DNA of 64,000 nt from Lytechinus pictus (lineage: Eukaryota). Positions 59,326 to 64,000 of the stretch are shown here, in pieces; position 1 is the first letter of the stretch; each line of letters opens with the position of its first letter. The notes beneath the pieces are model-generated. The model did no database searches. It was given only the letters and a program-made list of their open reading frames with translations, and was not told the origin of the DNA. The stretch covers positions 21,948,001 through 22,012,000 of the forward strand of contig NC_087247.1 in the NCBI RefSeq assembly GCF_037042905.1. The letters are read 5' to 3'. A program made the position numbers and the translations under genes.

Positions 59326-60965
59326 CTAAATTGGCAGGTTAGATGCATGAAAGAGGGAAAGGGATACAAGAGTTGAAAGAAAAACAAGAGAAGTCAACAC
59401 AGCAACAATAATAGGCCAACAATCAGTGACATATAAAGTGAGGCACAATATTCTGAGAGTAAATACATTTGAATCAAGAATATAAGGGGAAATTTATTCA
59501 TTTTCTTTTTAAGTCGCAAGCAAGTAACAATTTGAAATTTGTAAAATAAAATTTCATTTCTGTAACAGCTTTTTACTCTTTGATTACCTTTGATTTTCTT
59601 CTTTATTTTTAGCTAGGTCGTGGAACTTTTTTTCGGGGGGATATTCATTTTTAGACGATAATTAGCTAAGAAATCCCGTGATGTTTGTGAGTTTTCTATC
59701 GAGTATTAATGCCCTCTGTTAGATAAGCGTCACCTGAGTTGAAAAGTGAAATTTATTTTGGTCCAACAATATAGGGGTGGAAGGGCATTTATACCCCTCC
59801 TCCTCCCGAAATGTTGAAAATCTACCAAAAAATTGTATCAGATCCTTCGATGAATTTATTATATCCACAAACGCCATCGTGACTAATTCTCTCCCGCAAG
59901 TACATCAGGCAAGATCAGGCAAGATGCGTAATTTTTTTTTTAAAAGAAACTCGAAAGCGAGGAAGAGAGAACCAATCGACCGAAACTGTCATTGGGGCGT
60001 TTTTGAATTTTCCAAAGTGAAATTGAAATACCTTTGGTGAATGTTGTGAAAATGTTCAGTTAAAAAAAATCTAAATTTCGGGGGGGGGGTGGCAACTGCA
60101 TATATGCAGCTGATCAAGTCTACTATATTACTTCATAAAAAATAACCAAATTAATGGTCAATAAAAAAATGACTTAGTGGCCTCGGATATTCTTGCCTTT
60201 ATTTTCAGCATTTTTAAGATATAATCTGACTAGTTCCCCTCTCCGTTTGCCACGATGCTAGATTCCGAGTGCTGGTTCAAAGATCCAAATTATGGTTTGG
60301 GTAAAGGATTCAATGCTGATTGGATTCGTGATTCCAGTTGCCGTGCATATTCGTCGGCGATCATCCGAACCGTCGTAGCACACATACGACGGTGCAGCAA
60401 ACCCATTGTCCGAGTAGATTTTCACACATTAATTTAGAAGCCAATGGAATAATGAATTGTGCCAAGGCTTTTTTAATCACGCCCTCTATCTCTGCTAAGT
60501 ACTCAGAGAAATGATGTTGAAATTTAAAAAAAACATGCTCAATTTTATTTTATGTGTGTGTGTGCTCATAGTTCATGTTAAGTTTAGTTTTGTTTTGGGG
60601 GTTTAGTATAATATTCATGCTTTCCTAATATCAAAGTCAAAATTAAGCACTCTAACTGATTTTACTATCACAGAGTACAATACGCATATTTCCTGTTCAT
60701 CTGTTAAAAAAAATGTTCAGAAAAATGGTAAGAGCATGAAAATTGGCATAGGGGAAGAGTGTAAACCGTACTAAACATTTTTTTAGCAGGGGTACGGGTG
60801 CCAACATGAGGTCCCTTGGTGTAGCAACGGTTGTTTAGTATCATAATCACCTTAGCAACCAGTCAGTATATGATCTGATATACACTCTATATACCACATT
60901 TCGAGTTCCAAAGATCCTATCCTTTATAACCCAGCAATATTTCCAACCAAACATGCATACTAGCA

Positions 60966-60978
60966 GTTGCTAAGCAAC
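60966..60978. promoter_or_regulatory. X-box (RFX-type) motif GTTGCTAAGCAAC with nearby half sites
   Basis: Near-palindromic match to the X-box consensus; further TAGCAAC half sites at ~60822 and ~60853. It may simply be part of an old repeat. Confidence 0.3.
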
Positions 60979-63351
60979 ATGGTTTCCTTAGCAGCCAGTT
61001 TGTATATAGTCTAGCCTTTTTGGATTATTCTAAAATAATGTATAAATATAGTAAATTACTGTATTGGCGTGGATTTTAAATTTAAAAAAGGTTTAGGCTA
61101 ATACTATAGGCTAATACTATTAGTGAATTTCTAATATTAAAGATTGACTAATTGAATGAAAATAGATCTATCGCCGGTAAACAATGATCAAAATGAACTT
61201 ACAGTAACAAGAGGGCTGTGAGCCCCCCCCCCCCCCCCTCATTTTTTGTCAATAAAGACGTACAACAAAGTAAACCAATTATCATCTTACTGTGATTTTT
61301 TTTTGCATGTCAGCCCCCCCCCCTTCCGTTTCGTCCCTATAAAAACCGTTCTGCAGCCCCTTGAAACAAACTTGAGAAATAGACCTACACAAAAAATACT
61401 AATCACAATTTTCTTTCTTACCGAATTTCCGTGTTGCCCGTCCGACGCCATCAATATTATTATTGGTCACTTCTTTTACATTCAAATTGTACCTTTTTTT
61501 ACTCCTGTTTTCAACCCATTTGTATGGATGGATTTATTTTTATTTAGTTCGTTGTCAGGGGTATGTAATGAAGCTGGAACTCGGACGTACGTCCAAAATA
61601 AGCTGAGCCATCGCACTGCGCATATCCATTGCCTTATTTGGAATGCGCGCCCATTTGCTTTTGTTGCATCATCAAGAGCGTAGAATGAAGACTTTATTAT
61701 GGATTTGACGTCACTATAAAATTATGAGCTGAACTAGGATATAGCTATAAATATAGTATAATCGTTTGTTAGAGGTGGAATTTATTCTTTTATGTGATAT
61801 AAAGAGGAAAAAGGGACACTCTAAAGAGGGAAAATGTGGGCTTGCTTGCAATATTGGGTTATGTGGGGCGAATTTAATGACCTGCACCTGTTAAAGAATT
61901 TGGAAAAATTATGAATTATCGGCATTTAAAAATGATGTGATGTCATTATACATCAGAATGGAAACAATCTCTTCCATTGCAAGGTATAGCGATTAAAGCT
62001 ATTTTCAACCTCGAACTGGTTGGATTTGTCAGTTTGACTCTATAATAATAATAAAAATGCTGAGATTATATAGGCATCACCGTTCTGCATTTTTATTTTC
62101 CTATTAATAATTCAGAGTTATAAAAGCGTTACCATGGTGAAGCCTGTGTGTCTTCAGAAAAAAGTGGTAATAGAATCTTATTTCGTGTTACTGATCTCAT
62201 CTGGTAGAAATAAATACTAGTACATTAATGGAGCGGGCAGCGGGGCAAGTCGTGCCACTTAACAAAACATAAACTTTTTTAAAACGTATGGCAGTGTATC
62301 CTATTGCCGGACACCTTTATTTCAGTGCTTTAAAAATGACAACTATAGAGGAAATACAATCAAGAAAAATTCGCACTTGCTATTCCAAATATTATGAAAA
62401 TTATTAATATGATAAAATTATTTTATATTTACCAACCATTTTCTTTGCATCGCACTTGCCGCATACCCCTCCACGAAAAACAATTATTTTCGTGCGCGAC
62501 AAATTACATCATGATTCCGGACGCGCGCCGGACGGGTAAAGATATCCTTGATTATAATGATGTAAGAATACATTTCTGTGATTTTTTTCTTCTTATATCA
62601 TATCATGAATAAATTCTAACTTTTTGTTTGCTTTTTTTATATCGAATTTGAGCAGATGTTGGTAATAAATTCGTGTTTGATAACTTAATTTATTTTTTAT
62701 TTTTTGGTTAACTGCATGTTTCATGGCACTTTCCAGTGCTCGTTCGTATCGTGACGCTCATCAAGTTCTATCGATGCGCAGCCGATCGTCGACGGCTCTA
62801 CTCACGGTAAACCTCGCGCACGGTACCTTGAGAACTAGCCTTCGACGATCACCCACAATACACCTCACCTCATCATTCGATCGAAGGAGCCGACGAGATT
62901 GAAATTCGGCAAATCAGGCCCATATTTCCGTTAGAAAATATATCAATTCATTCAATTGTTAATGCAAAACTATGTTATATGATATTTTAAGCATTTTCTG
63001 TCATTTTAGAGATAAATAAGGAAGAAATTTGATTTTTTCGCCTTGTTTTTGCAATCTTGTTCTATGTATTGATCTGTGAAAATGAATTGCGGAAGTCTTA
63101 CGGTACGAAATTGTTTTCGAACGCATTTATATGCGCGTCCGGAATCACAATAGTGTCCGGTAATACAATACTTGACTATACTCCTTTGAGTTTGATTAAA
63201 ATTAATACCACATAAGCGACGTATTCCTGTTTACTCGTTGAACAGTTTGACATGGTTCTATTCATTTTGGTTGCATTATAAATATCTAGGACATTATTTG
63301 CCCCAACTACCATTGATGATTAATGGGAATATTTTGCATTTATGATTTACA

Positions 63352-63593
63352 ACCGAAGTGTGACGTCAGTTGCCATGGTGTCATGGCGGGCTGGTTCTAA
63401 ACAAAGTCGCAGCTGACGACCGTCTGTACAAATGCAAATAACTTTGGCTCGTCTGAAAAACAGGTTGCAAGCGATCAAATTCCGATAGCAGCCATTTTCT
63501 CCTATGAGAAACACACGCTTTCATTCGGCGGGTTCATTTTTGTTTAGAACCAGGCCGCCATGACACCATGGAAACTGACGTCATCGCTTCGGT
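63352..63593. mobile_element. MITE with ~54-bp TIRs, each carrying TGACGTCA
   Basis: ACCGAAGTGTGACGTCAGTTGCCATGGTGTCATGGCGGGCTGGTTCTAAACAAA is mirrored at 63539-63593. Confidence 0.85.
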
Positions 63594-64000
63594 ACTCTAT
63601 TAATAGGCTGTATATATTAAGATCAATACATACATGGATGATCGATTGCATACTGCAGATATATTTTTCTTGCTTATTTTATTGTCATGATGATGGTTGC
63701 CATGCATACATGTAGCTCAGCTCAGCGCTCGTACTGCGCATGTCCATTACCTTTGAACGCTCGTATGCCGTATCAAAAGCGTAGAATGACGTCATATACA
63801 GGGTACACATCACAAGTTTTGACGGGCCGGCTATACGCTAGATGATATAGCTTGATATATTTTGTGGTCGATAAGTGAAAGGAAAATTAACTGAGATTTT
63901 ACAGTTAGTAGAAAGGGGGATTTGCATTCAATGTTTGGTTATAAGAGGAATTTACCGAGTTTTCCTTGCTAAAGAAATAAAATCAGAATCGTGAGGAATT

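Noticed and set aside
60388-60429. Possible first coding exon MCENLLGQWVCCTV|gtatgt for the minus-strand gene
   Set aside because: It is phase-compatible but short and has no independent support, so the start is left unresolved.
62296-63170. Weak inverted similarity (TATTGCCGGACAC / GTGTCCGGTAATA; TGATTCCGGACGCGC) around a CpG-rich patch
   Set aside because: Probably an old transposon relic, but ends and TSD could not be defined, so it was not called.

Overview
This is AT-rich, intron-containing animal genomic DNA. A marine invertebrate deuterostome, most likely a sea urchin, is inferred from the APC architecture and the repeat landscape. (1) 1390-15446 (+): the last seven coding exons of adenomatous polyposis coli (APC), all GT-AG with consistent phases, giving 3223 aa in the window; the N-terminus lies upstream. 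(2) About 17-47 kb: a repeat-dense interval with three tandem arrays, a HINE/DINE-1-like element, a 5.86-kb near-complete foldback element with a TTA target-site duplication (TSD), a 5'-truncated Crack/L2-type LINE, many MITEs, a tRNA-derived SINE, and a decayed pogo-type transposase gene that keeps canonical spliceosomal introns. (3) 59325-48557 (-): a ten-exon, phase-consistent gene for an unrecognised ~450-aa charged helical protein, with a MITE inserted inside one of its splice donors. There are no rRNA, intact tRNA or CRISPR features. The best novelty candidates are the giant foldback element, the intron-bearing pogo-derived locus and the unannotated helical-repeat gene. All alignments were made by eye; no database searches were run.
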